Counted from the first letter of the stretch, positions 9,516 to 18,333 are shown. The stretch: DNA of 35,386 bases from a virus (IMGVR_UViG_3300048858_000147:1-35386); one strand, 5' to 3'. The notes: a model not told the origin generated them from the sequence alone. Program-made: numbers and translations.

Positions 9516-10090
9516 CAACTTCCCCAGTTAAAGAGTTTCGCCAGCGCCGAGGTTTCCTTCGGAGTGGCATCCATGCCAGACACCTTTCCGGCCTTCGTCT
9601 TCGTCGCGCCCGCCTTGCCTTTGGTGCGTCCGGCTTGGGGCGAGACCTTGTCCGGTGGAATCTCGGTGGTGCGCAGCGTTGCCTTGCGGATCTGGCGGAA
9701 GTCGCAGGCAACCTGGAAGAAATCGCCCTTGCCATCCCGGCTGATCTTGCAGGTCTCCATCACCATGTCGGGATAGGTATCGAGCCCGGTCACGACCGTG
9801 ATCGCAGTGCGCTCGCGGTGCAGCGCACGCAAGGCATCCTTGGCCGTGATCAGCTTGCTGCGGCCGCTGGCGCCAAACAGCGTCGTATCGGCGGCGGTCA
9901 CCCAACCGGAAATCGATAGCCGCTCCGATTCGATCCGGACATGGTCGGAAATCGGCGCGCCTTCCTCGACGGCATGGTGGGTGGCCTGACTGTTCAGTTC
10001 GGTGCTTTCGTCGGTCAGCGCGTCCAGCGTGATGGCGCCTATGCCGGTCCTGGCCACACCGGCGGCAAAGACAAGGGATACAAAACTCAT
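9515..10090 (-). CDS. Tail tube initiator / baseplate protein
   Basis: ATGA overlap with tape measure stop; LDA...E.....S..T.H.VE.GA.ISDH and VVTGL.TY.DM motifs. Confidence 0.8.
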   Translation of the reverse strand: MSFVSLVFAAGVARTGIGAITLDALTDESTELNSQATHHAVEEGAPISDHVRIESERLSISGWVTAADTTLFGASGRSKLITAKDALRALHRERTAITVVTGLDTYPDMVMETCKISRDGKGDFFQVACDFRQIRKATLRTTEIPPDKVSPQAGRTKGKAGATKTKAGKVSGMDATPKETSALAKLFNWGS

Positions 10091-11964
10091 GGCATGACCT
10101 CCACCATGGGAACACCGAACGCCGGGCTCCCGGTTCGCGCACTGGAGAGAGCACCGTTGATGCCGCGCTGCGTGGCGGCGGCGACGGCGGCGGGGTTGGC
10201 ACTGGGCGCGTTGACCGTGACGCCGGCAATATTGTTCTGCACGGTGACCGCGGCCGCGGCGCCGCCGGCGCGCTGCACATCGGCGACGCCCACGCCCAGC
10301 ACGTTCTTTCCGACCCAGGAAGCGCCGGATTTCACCCACTCCGGCATCAGGTCGCTGAACATCGCCTTCGCGGCTTCCAGCTTGCCGGTAATCCACGTCG
10401 AGATGCTTTGGCCTACGCCCTGGATCCAGGCCCCCATGGCTTCGAACGCGGCACCCGCCCCGGAGGTGATGCTCTGCCACGCAGCGAGCCCACTGGCCTT
10501 GATGGCGTCCCAATTCTGGTAGATGGCGACAGCGGCGGCCGCGACCGCGGCCACCACCGCCGCCACCAGCAATGCCGGCCAGCCGACCACGCCCGCCAGT
10601 GTGGATACCAACAGCCATCCCAGGCGGACCACCGTGCCGAAACCACGCACGACAGCAAACACGCCTTGTCCGAGCGAGTAGAGGAACGTGACGACACGCA
10701 GCAGAGGGGGACCCATGCCGACGACCAGAACGGCAATCGTGCCGAGCTTGCTGATCCATGGCTCAAGTTCCATCCCGACGCCGCCAAGCTGGTCCTTGAG
10801 CCAGACCATGCCGCCCCGGATGGTGTCGATCGTCCCTTGCCACTCCTCGAAGCCGCCGATCAGCGAGCCGGTGATCGAGGTGCCCCCTCGCATCCAGACC
10901 AGGATGTCGTCGCCGATCAGGGATACGCTCGTGAGCAGCGCCGCCATTCGCAGGTAAGGCCACAGGGCCTTGACCGACGCCCCGCGGAGTCCGCCCATCA
11001 CACGCTGCAGCAGCGTGGCCGATCGCGTTGCCTTGTCGAGCGCGTTGCCCGCCTGCACGAGCCCCCACGACGCGCCAATCAGTCCCGCCGTGACCAGGAC
11101 GCCGTGGAGGTTGCGCGCCAGCAGTTCGACTGCGCCGGCAAAGATCTGCGCAGCACCGGTGAGCTGATTGAAGCTGTCGATCTCGCGTCCCAATGCGTTC
11201 TGCAGCACGGCCATGGCGCCGCCGAAGGTCGGCGGCATCTGGGCGAACTCGCCGTTGATCTGCTCCGCCTGCTGCAACAGCCCTTGGGCGAGCACACCAC
11301 TGGTCAACTTCCCGGCATCCGCCAGATTGCGGAGTTCGTCCACGCTGGTGCCGAAGGCTTGAGCGATCGCCTGGGCGAGCCGGGGTGTCTGCTTGGTAAT
11401 CGCATCGGCCCCCTCTCCGTCCAGGCGGCCCGACGCGAGGGCCTGCCCCACTCGCTCACCAGCTGCTTGTCCCGCTGCGGAATCGCCCCCGCCAATCGCC
11501 GTCGCCTTGCCGATCAACTCGGTCAGCTTCAGCGAGTCGCCCAGCTCCAGCCCCATCCCTTTGGCGCCGCGATGAAGAAGTTCGAACACCTGCGCGGTGC
11601 CGGCGTACTCCTGTCGGGCTCGTTGGGCAATCTGGTAGATCTCGGCCAGAGCCGTCTTCTGCTCCTGGACGCCATTGGTGGCAAGTCCGACGCGCATCTG
11701 CACGGCCGTCCATTGGTCCGCCATCTTGGCGCCCGCCCACACAGTGGCGGCGATCTTGCCGACCAGCTCGGCGATGCCTGCATACCCTTTTTGGGTCTGC
11801 TGGACCTGCTGCCTGCCGTAGGCTTGCGCCTGTTGCAACAAGCCGCCCTGCATGCCTGCGCCGATCCTGACCATGGTGTCGCGGTACGCAATCTGGTACT
11901 GGCGCAGGCCCGATTTATCCACCTGGTAGCGCAGGACCGTGACAATCTCACGAATCTCTTTCAT
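10087..11964 (-). CDS. Tape measure protein (625 aa)
   Basis: Ala/Gly-rich helical protein, QALASG.L.G and GKLTS motifs, hydrophobic central segment; follows chaperones. Confidence 0.92.
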   Translation of the reverse strand: MKEIREIVTVLRYQVDKSGLRQYQIAYRDTMVRIGAGMQGGLLQQAQAYGRQQVQQTQKGYAGIAELVGKIAATVWAGAKMADQWTAVQMRVGLATNGVQEQKTALAEIYQIAQRARQEYAGTAQVFELLHRGAKGMGLELGDSLKLTELIGKATAIGGGDSAAGQAAGERVGQALASGRLDGEGADAITKQTPRLAQAIAQAFGTSVDELRNLADAGKLTSGVLAQGLLQQAEQINGEFAQMPPTFGGAMAVLQNALGREIDSFNQLTGAAQIFAGAVELLARNLHGVLVTAGLIGASWGLVQAGNALDKATRSATLLQRVMGGLRGASVKALWPYLRMAALLTSVSLIGDDILVWMRGGTSITGSLIGGFEEWQGTIDTIRGGMVWLKDQLGGVGMELEPWISKLGTIAVLVVGMGPPLLRVVTFLYSLGQGVFAVVRGFGTVVRLGWLLVSTLAGVVGWPALLVAAVVAAVAAAAVAIYQNWDAIKASGLAAWQSITSGAGAAFEAMGAWIQGVGQSISTWITGKLEAAKAMFSDLMPEWVKSGASWVGKNVLGVGVADVQRAGGAAAAVTVQNNIAGVTVNAPSANPAAVAAATQRGINGALSSARTGSPAFGVPMVEVMP

Positions 11965-12203
11965 CTTTTCCCCGCCATGCTGTTGGCCGCCTTTTGCTGC
12001 GCGGCCTCCTGCGCATCCATCAGCGCGTTCAGTTTCAGGATGTCAACCAGGTCCACGCAACCGCCCCTGATCTCGCTCACGCTGATGTGCCCCGCGATGA
12101 CGGGGCGCCAGATCACGAGTTCCGCGTCGAAGTCGGCGCGGAATCGGCCGACAGCTTCGCCGCGAGGCCTTGGACCGAGCCAAAACGGCCGGCCCAGCGC
12201 AGA
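11961..12203 (-). CDS. Tail chaperone -1 frameshift extension (lambda T analogue)
   Basis: Open -1 frame from the T7 run (12203-12209) to a TGA overlapping the tape-measure ATG; encodes ...ELVIWRPVIAGHISVSEIRGGCVDLVDILKLNALMD... Confidence 0.75.
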   Translation of the reverse strand, partial: SALGRPFWLGPRPRGEAVGRFRADFDAELVIWRPVIAGHISVSEIRGGCVDLVDILKLNALMDAQEAAQQKAANSMAGKR

Positions 12204-12604
12204 AAAAAATCGGCGAAGTTGAAACGGATGATCTGGAACATCAGCTCGAGGATGTCGCCCGCGTCACGGAATGCCAGGGTGCGCATTTCCCTGGTGAGCT
12301 TGGACTCGCGACCGTTGATCGAGACCGCGACGAATTCCGGATCCAGGAGCCGGTTCGCCCAGGCCTCCAGCGACGCGCCGTCGAGCTTGGCCGAGAGCTC
12401 ACGGACCGCCTCGGACAGAGTGGCATCGGGCGTGGCGTTGCCCTGGCCACCCTGCCCGGCGGCGAAGGCGCCTTCGAGCAGATGGCCCACCGCCGGCAGG
12501 ATGTCGCGCTGCAGATCGCCGAAGATGCGCAGCGCAACAAAGGGATCGATCTTGCGGACCATGAATTCGGCGTCGCCGATGGTGACGTTGGTAACGAGGC
12601 TCAT
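12113..12604 (-). CDS. Tail assembly chaperone (lambda G analogue)
   Basis: Between tube and tape measure; ATGA overlap with tube stop; NFADFF motif at the slippery site. Confidence 0.85.
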   Translation of the reverse strand: MSLVTNVTIGDAEFMVRKIDPFVALRIFGDLQRDILPAVGHLLEGAFAAGQGGQGNATPDATLSEAVRELSAKLDGASLEAWANRLLDPEFVAVSINGRESKLTREMRTLAFRDAGDILELMFQIIRFNFADFFLRWAGRFGSVQGLAAKLSADSAPTSTRNS

Positions 12605-13032
12605 GCGGCATTGCCTCCCACAAAGAACGCGCTGTTGCCGGTCTCGATGGTCCACTCGCGGGTGCCGAGCTCGGCGGCGAACTCGGCGGTCGGGTACTTC
12701 ACCACCCAGGCTTCGGACGAGGTGAAGACGGTGCGGCCGCGCAGGTCGGCCACGGCGATAGGAAACAGGCCCGCGCCGCCACTGAGGCGGTCGGCCTGCA
12801 GCAGCGCCGACAGCACGTCGTTGCCCGCGCTGGTCTGCTGCAGCGTGATGGTGACGCGGCACCGGCGATCCGACGACATGGCGCGTGCCACCTCGCCGTC
12901 CGCGCCGACGACGGAAGTCACGCCGTCGCCCACTTCCTCGATGCTGATAAAGGTGTCCGCGGCAAAGCCGCTCAGGGTTGCCGCGCCGACGGTGACGTTG
13001 ACGCGGGACGGATCATAGGTACGAGTGGTCAT
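12601..13032 (-). CDS. Tail tube protein (DUF3277-type)
   Basis: TYDP..V...VG...LSGFA.D.FI, VGADGE, TITLQQTS..ND.L, REW.I motifs. Confidence 0.9.
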   Translation of the reverse strand: MTTRTYDPSRVNVTVGAATLSGFAADTFISIEEVGDGVTSVVGADGEVARAMSSDRRCRVTITLQQTSAGNDVLSALLQADRLSGGAGLFPIAVADLRGRTVFTSSEAWVVKYPTAEFAAELGTREWTIETGNSAFFVGGNAA

Positions 13033-13044
13033 GGAGTGCTCCGA

Positions 13045-14400
13045 TCAGAGGGCGTAGGTCAGGTTGCCGCGGATGGTGACGGCGTGGATGGCGCCGGCCA
13101 GGCGCGCGGTGAACGACACGTCGTTCAGCACGCGGTTGGCCTTGTCGTTGAAGGGCACGCTCGCGGCAAGCGGCGCGCTGATGGTGTAGGACGGGATCTT
13201 GCGGCCGTCGTCGCCCAGCTCCTCCGGCGCGATGCCCCCGCGCGACACACCCAGGTCGAGCGCCTTGCGCATGGCGGTGGTGATGATCTGGATGCCGCCA
13301 TCGGTGTAGGGCACCTTGCCGTTGGCGTTGACCAGAGCGGATACGACGTTGATCTTGACCTGCTCGGCCAGCCAGTCGCGGAAGCGGATCACGTCGATCC
13401 ATTCGCCAGCCGCGACCTTGCCGCCCTGCGTGATCGCGAAGTTGCGGAACGGCTCGAATGTATTGGCGTTCTTGTTGCGCGCCGCGATCGACTGCCCCTC
13501 GCTGAGGTTGTCGAACGAGATGCCGGCAAGGCGCAGGTTGGCCCACGTCTCGCCGCCCGGATAAAAGGTGAAGCGATTGCCGGCCACCGCGGCCTCCAGC
13601 CATTCCGAGGCCGCGGCCGCGTGGTACCAGACGGCGGTCCGGAAGAACTGCTTCTGCTGCAGCTTCGATGCCAGGTCGGTTTCAGACGCGCCATCGATGA
13701 TCCCCGCCTGGCTCGACGACACGCCCATCAGCTTGGCGTTCGACTCGACCCATTCGGCGGCCGCAAGAATGTCGGCCTCCGCGCGGCTGGCGAGCACGAC
13801 GCCATACCAGTCGTCGTTCTCGGCGCGGCAGGCCGCCAGCGCGTCGACGATGGGCTCCGTCGCTTCCAGCGGCTGCAGCGCGAGGTTGCCTTCCAGTGCA
13901 ACGGCAATGGCAGCGCCTTCCACATCGGCCGCGACCGTCACGGTCGAGCCTGCCGCCGTCGTCGTGACAGGCGCCGCCGTCGCGTTGATCGCCGTCGCGA
14001 GCGCCTGGGCGATCGTCGTGTCACTGTCGGCCGCGGTGGCCGCATAGCTCGCCGTGACGCTCTGCGGTACGCCGCCCGCGTCGTTCCACTGCAGCTTGAC
14101 CTGATACGCCGATTCGGCGGCGCGGGTCACGGCCACATCGAAACTGTCAACGGCCTGCCGCCCGATAAAGCAGCGGTAGATGGTGGGGATCTGCTTGAAC
14201 ACGTCGCGCACGGCCATGTATAGCGGCGACGCGCTGGACAGGCCAAGCTCCAGCAGCTCGTCGGCCGACGTCACGGCCATCACGCGGCCGAGGCCAAGCG
14301 TGTGCGGGCCGACGACAAGCAGGTCGGAAAAGGACTGCTCCTTGATTGCGGTGGTGTTCAGGCTGATCTGAACGTTGACGATACGATCGAGTGTTGCCAT
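13045..14400 (-). CDS. Contractile tail sheath (DUF3383-type)
   Basis: LDRIVNVQISL start, PG.ETW, GEWIDVIRFRDWL, KVPYTD.GI, LAGAIH.V.I.G end. Confidence 0.92.
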   Translation of the reverse strand: MATLDRIVNVQISLNTTAIKEQSFSDLLVVGPHTLGLGRVMAVTSADELLELGLSSASPLYMAVRDVFKQIPTIYRCFIGRQAVDSFDVAVTRAAESAYQVKLQWNDAGGVPQSVTASYAATAADSDTTIAQALATAINATAAPVTTTAAGSTVTVAADVEGAAIAVALEGNLALQPLEATEPIVDALAACRAENDDWYGVVLASRAEADILAAAEWVESNAKLMGVSSSQAGIIDGASETDLASKLQQKQFFRTAVWYHAAAASEWLEAAVAGNRFTFYPGGETWANLRLAGISFDNLSEGQSIAARNKNANTFEPFRNFAITQGGKVAAGEWIDVIRFRDWLAEQVKINVVSALVNANGKVPYTDGGIQIITTAMRKALDLGVSRGGIAPEELGDDGRKIPSYTISAPLAASVPFNDKANRVLNDVSFTARLAGAIHAVTIRGNLTYAL

Positions 14401-14410
14401 GCAAGGCTCC

Positions 14411-14440
14411 AAAAAAAAATAGCCGCCCGAGGGCGGCTTT
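14411..14440 (-). terminator. Intrinsic terminator abutting the sheath RBS
   Basis: Minus strand AGCCGCCCTCGGGCGGCT-A-T8 then GGAG and ATG 14400. Confidence 0.8.
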
Positions 14441-14472
14441 GGTCTTCCAGTCCACGCCTGTGTGGACTGTGC

Positions 14473-14958
14473 TCAGTGGTCAGGGGCGAGCCCCGTCGTT
14501 TCGGTTCCATCTACGTTCACCGTTTCGATCACGGCGATCTCTTCGTCGAGCGTGACGGTGTAGCGCACGCTGAGCGCGAGCTGCATGCGGGGTTCGTACG
14601 TCCCGTCTTCCTGCAGCAGGGAAACCTGTTGCACCTCGCCGATGGAAAAGACGGCCAAGTCCAGCGCCTCGGCGTGGAGCAGCGCCCTCTCCATCTGCAG
14701 ACGCTGCGCCAGGGTCTCCATGGCGTTCATGCCGCCGGCGCCGAAGTACGTCAGTTCGATCCGTGCATCGCGATGGCTGCTGACGGCTCGCACACCATCC
14801 GATGCAACAGGCCCGAGATGCAGCGGCAAACTGGTGGACCCCCGCAGCGTCAGCGCGATATAGGGCCTGGCCGGCGGTGCTTCGTCCTGCTCGGCCACAA
14901 TCACGGGCACAGTGGCTTCCGTCGAGATCAGTTCATGGATGGCCTGCTCGGGTGTCAT
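14473..14958 (-). CDS. Tail terminator / neck completion protein
   Basis: First late gene, upstream of the sheath; VIVAEQ...P.RPYI start and E.R.QL.L.VRY...E.I..IE.V end fit tail-terminator folds. Confidence 0.75.
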   Translation of the reverse strand: MTPEQAIHELISTEATVPVIVAEQDEAPPARPYIALTLRGSTSLPLHLGPVASDGVRAVSSHRDARIELTYFGAGGMNAMETLAQRLQMERALLHAEALDLAVFSIGEVQQVSLLQEDGTYEPRMQLALSVRYTVTLDEEIAVIETVNVDGTETTGLAPDH

Positions 14959-14971
14959 CGTTCACTCTTCG

Positions 14972-15004
14972 GGATGGGATACGGATGGGATACGGATGGG
15001 ATAC
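14972..15004. repeat. Three tandem copies of an 11-bp unit
   Basis: GGATGGGATAC at 14972, 14983 and 14994. Confidence 0.92.
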
Positions 15005-15028
15005 GCATCGCTTTGGGATTGCGGCAAC

Positions 15029-15059
15029 AAAAAAGCCCGCTCGATAGCATCGGCGGGCT
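15029..15059 (-). terminator. Second leader terminator of the late operon
   Basis: Minus strand AGCCCGC-CGATGCTATCGA-GCGGGCT + T run. Confidence 0.75.
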
Positions 15060-15186
15060 GGGCACACATCATTGGACCATCGGCATAGCTTGCTGGTGCG
15101 CTGCATCGAGCGTGGGCGGCCCCCGGCATGAAACATCGATATGCGGCCTGGCAGAACGGCACCACCAAGACCCGCGCCAGAAATGC

Positions 15187-15211
15187 AAAAGCCCCCAACA
15201 AGTGGGGGCTT
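15187..15211 (-). terminator. tR'-like terminator just after the late promoter
   Basis: Minus strand AAGCCCCCACTTGTTGGGGGCTTTT. Confidence 0.75.
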
Positions 15212-15239
15212 CAGATACATTGACTGCGAGTCTGGGAGA

Positions 15240-15268
15240 AATATACAAGGCTTGTCGCAGAACCGCAA
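15240..15268 (-). promoter_or_regulatory. pR'-like late promoter
   Basis: TTGCGG-17 bp-TATATT right after the late-regulator stop; paralogous promoter at 22762-22790. Confidence 0.7.
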
Positions 15269-15279
15269 GCGTTTTTTTG

Positions 15280-15915
15280 CTACGCGTGAACGGCCACTGC
15301 CATCGGCGGCTCGTACTCGGTGGCTTCCGCCACGAGTCCGTGCGCGATGAACGTCGGCTCCAGACGCGACAGCGCCAGATTCTCCAGCGCACGGAAATTC
15401 GTCTCCATCCATTTGGCTGCACGAAAGATCTTGTCCTTGCTGACCTGATGCTTTTCGCCGAGCGCCCGTACCGTCAGGCCCTCGCGCTGCTCGCGCGGCA
15501 GGTAATGACGCGCGGCGAGTTCCAGCAGCAGCGTGCCCGACGTCAATCCCGACGAGCGGCGCGCGTACAACGCCAGCCGCTTGCACCCTTCCAGCTTCTC
15601 GGGACCAATCGCAAAACGCGCGAGCACGGCGGCCATCTCCTGGCTCGGCAGACGATCCCGCGCGGCAGCCGTCACCATGCTGCACTGGGCCCGGATCTCG
15701 TTGGGAGCGAGGCCGTCGAAGTTGACGGTGCCACTGCCCCCGTTCTCGCGCAGCCGCTCCAGCCACGCCTGCTGCTGCCCGGTGGGCCGCTCGAGATCCT
15801 CCAGCAGACGGACCAGCATGTTTCGAAATGGCTGCCCATGCTGCGGCGGCATCGACAGGATCAGATAGGACACGCGCAGCGCTTGCTCGGTGCTGGTGAA
15901 AATGGCTTCAGTCAT
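15280..15915 (-). CDS. Putative Q-type late antiterminator/activator
   Basis: Sits between helicase and pR'/tR' like lambda Q; C-terminal HTH-like segment LTVRALGEKHQVSKDKIFR; function is positional inference. Confidence 0.65.
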   Translation of the reverse strand: MTEAIFTSTEQALRVSYLILSMPPQHGQPFRNMLVRLLEDLERPTGQQQAWLERLRENGGSGTVNFDGLAPNEIRAQCSMVTAAARDRLPSQEMAAVLARFAIGPEKLEGCKRLALYARRSSGLTSGTLLLELAARHYLPREQREGLTVRALGEKHQVSKDKIFRAAKWMETNFRALENLALSRLEPTFIAHGLVAEATEYEPPMAVAVHA

Positions 15916-16023
15916 TGTTTCGTTTCCCCGTGAATCTGTCATGGCTTTCCGTGATCTCATCGCGTGCCGTTCCGCAGCGCATCTGTCCAAACCGTGTTGC
16001 ACCCCCATCCCCCTTGCCCGTCA

Positions 16024-17418
16024 TCACAGGTCCGCGACGACGTCGCGTCTTCGTGCGGCGGCGCCGGCGCTGAGCGACGGCAGTGGGCCCGCCCATTCGT
16101 CGAACCTGGTCACCGCACCGCGGTACAGCAGCGGTACGTCACCGAGCGCGCCGTTGCGCTGTTTGCGGATCATCACTTCGGCGTAGCCCTTCGACGCCAG
16201 GTCCGCGGGCTGGTACATCTCGGGACGGTGGACCAGCAGCACCACGTCGGCGTCCTGCTCGATGTCGCCGGAATCCCGCAGATCCGCGAGCTGCGGCTTC
16301 TTGTCCGGTCGCTCCTCGCTCTTGCGGCTCAGCTGCGACAGCACGATGACGGCGGCGTTGAGATCCTTGGCCAAGGCTTTCAACCCGCGCGAGTACGCGC
16401 CGATCTGCTGCGTGCGCTGCTTCTCCTCGCCGCCCGTCATCAAGCCGAGGTAGTCGACGATAAGCACGTCCAGGCCGTATTTGCGCTGGTGCGTCCTGGC
16501 CTTCATCCGGACATCGAGCAGCGTCAGTGCCGGCGTATCGTCAACCGCGAAGCGCAGCGTTTCGAGCGCCGCGAAGACGCTCTGCATCCCAATCAATGCG
16601 CCGTCGTCGTGCTGATCCAGCCGGCCAAGCAACGTGGATAGCGCCACTTCGCCCCGGCTCGCCACAGCCCGCGCGACGATTTCCTGATCGGCCATCTCCA
16701 TCGACAACAACAGCACGCTGTAGTCGCTGGCCATGTTCAAGCCAATGTTCGTCGTCAGAGCGGTCTTGCCCATCGAAGGGCGGCCAGCGACGACAACCAG
16801 ATTGCCGCGACGCACACCGCCGTTCAGCGCTTTGTCCAGGCAAGGCAATCCGGTCGGGATCGCCGTCTGCCCCGTGCCCGCGATGCGCTCGTCCACCGTC
16901 TGGGCGAAGGCTGGCAGCAAGTCGCGCAGCAACCTCGGCTCCTTGCGCACGCCCGCCTGCGCCAGACGAGCCAGCATGCTCTGGGCGCAGTCCAGTATCT
17001 CGGCGCCATTCATCGCGCTGGGGGTCTGCACCAGCTCCTGCACCCTTCGAACCGTGGCCAGCGTCTCGCGCAGCAAGGCCCGGTCGCGTACGGTCTGCGC
17101 ATAGCGCGCGATATTGGCCGCGCTTGGCGTGCTATGCGCCAGTTCGGTCAGATAAGTCAGACCGCCCACATCCGCCGCGACGCCCCGTTCCTGCAGCGCA
17201 TCGAATACGGTCACGACGTCGGCCGGCTTACCGGCCACGATGAGGCCGAGAATGCGCGAGTAGATCTGCCGGTGATCGAGCCGGTAAAAGTGTGCTGGTT
17301 CCAGACCGGCAATGCGGTCGAAGGCATTGTTATCGAGCAGCAGGCCACCGAGCACAGCCTGCTCGGACTCCACACTCCACAGTGCCCGGCTTGATGCAAT
17401 ATGGTCGGGCGCGGTCAT
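16024..17418 (-). CDS. dnaB: Phage DnaB-like replicative helicase
   Basis: EQAVLGGLL, Walker A GRPSMGKT, SMEM, IVDYL, QLSR, DLRDSGDIEQDAD, KQRNG all intact. Confidence 0.95.
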   Translation of the reverse strand: MTAPDHIASSRALWSVESEQAVLGGLLLDNNAFDRIAGLEPAHFYRLDHRQIYSRILGLIVAGKPADVVTVFDALQERGVAADVGGLTYLTELAHSTPSAANIARYAQTVRDRALLRETLATVRRVQELVQTPSAMNGAEILDCAQSMLARLAQAGVRKEPRLLRDLLPAFAQTVDERIAGTGQTAIPTGLPCLDKALNGGVRRGNLVVVAGRPSMGKTALTTNIGLNMASDYSVLLLSMEMADQEIVARAVASRGEVALSTLLGRLDQHDDGALIGMQSVFAALETLRFAVDDTPALTLLDVRMKARTHQRKYGLDVLIVDYLGLMTGGEEKQRTQQIGAYSRGLKALAKDLNAAVIVLSQLSRKSEERPDKKPQLADLRDSGDIEQDADVVLLVHRPEMYQPADLASKGYAEVMIRKQRNGALGDVPLLYRGAVTRFDEWAGPLPSLSAGAAARRRDVVADL

Positions 17419-18233
17419 GCGGTCACCTGTCCGTGATAGCGGCCTTCGCGAATCTTCGCGAAATTCTCGGCCTTGACCATCCAGTCGAGGCTGGCGATGA
17501 AGGGCTTGCGGCCATCGGCGATCTTCACGCGGCCAGTCAGGAATTCGGACTCGGCCACATAGCTGAAGAACCGGCGCCAGTAATCCAGATCCTGACGCTT
17601 TGCATCCTCGTTCCAACGCGCGCGAAGCGCCTGGGCACGGGTCGGCGTCCAATCACGAATACCGGGGCACATTGGCAGCAGCTCGTGGTACAGCGCCACG
17701 ATGGCCTGATGCGGGCACGTCTGCCTGCCGGCCTTGGCGGTCGTGGCCCCAGGAGCCACGGCGAATCCGACGTCTCCGTCCGCGACCACCACGTCAGTGG
17801 TGGTGATGGTGTCTTCTGGCTGATGGCTCATGGTTGATGGCTGATGGCTTAGGTTTTCTTCGCTTTGCGCATCACTCGCCGGCGGTAACCCGATCGGTTT
17901 CTCCTCTGTTTCCTTTCGCTTTGGTCTGCCACCACGTTTGCCGTTGGCCCGGTTCGCTTCGCTCTGTGCGCTGGCGATTTCGATTTCCCGCTCGCATCGC
18001 GCCTGCCTCCAGGTATCGCTGTCCAGCTCGAAAAACTCGGAGAGCACGGCTTCGACCGCGCTCAGTTCCTCATCGGTACGCGCCCCGATCAGGCGGGCCG
18101 CCTGGCTGGCCGGTATGCCCCCTTCGCGCGAGTAGTAGACGTCCATCAGCCTTGCGTAGACGCCGTGTTCCAGTAGGGACAGATGCGCGGCATCCTTGAT
18201 GTAGTCGCCGATATGGCGCTTATAGAAATTCAT
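17415..18233 (-). CDS. YdaU/DUF1376-family replication initiator
   Basis: MNFYKRHIGDY..D..HLS.LEHG.Y..L.D.YY..E N-terminus, NGKRGGRP linker, C-terminal LDW.VK.ENF.KI.EG.Y; ATGA-coupled to helicase. Confidence 0.9.
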   Translation of the reverse strand: MNFYKRHIGDYIKDAAHLSLLEHGVYARLMDVYYSREGGIPASQAARLIGARTDEELSAVEAVLSEFFELDSDTWRQARCEREIEIASAQSEANRANGKRGGRPKRKETEEKPIGLPPASDAQSEENLSHQPSTMSHQPEDTITTTDVVVADGDVGFAVAPGATTAKAGRQTCPHQAIVALYHELLPMCPGIRDWTPTRAQALRARWNEDAKRQDLDYWRRFFSYVAESEFLTGRVKIADGRKPFIASLDWMVKAENFAKIREGRYHGQVTA

Positions 18234-18333
18234 TCACTGCTCCATGCGGTGGGTCCGGCCGCCAGCGTCACGGGCGCCTGCCGCTTTCGTCCAAGCTTTG
18301 CTTCGTTCGGGGCCGGTTGCCCCCTTGCGACCG

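Noticed and set aside
3439-14958. T6SS or eCIS (PVC/Afp) interpretation of the contractile genes
   Set aside because: No membrane complex, AAA+ ATPase or effector genes; tape measure, frameshifted chaperone, phage fibre and lambdoid regulation indicate a phage tail
14972-15004. CRISPR-like array
   Set aside because: 11-bp units with no spacers and no cas genes
2462-16641. Long plus-strand ORFs (e.g. 2462-4042, 10408-12222, 13036-14223, 14302-15933)
   Set aside because: Antisense shadows of recognisable minus-strand genes in high-GC DNA; no motifs of their own
16024-17418. Host chromosomal dnaB
   Set aside because: ATGA-coupled to a phage initiator under a CI-type switch, with no housekeeping neighbours
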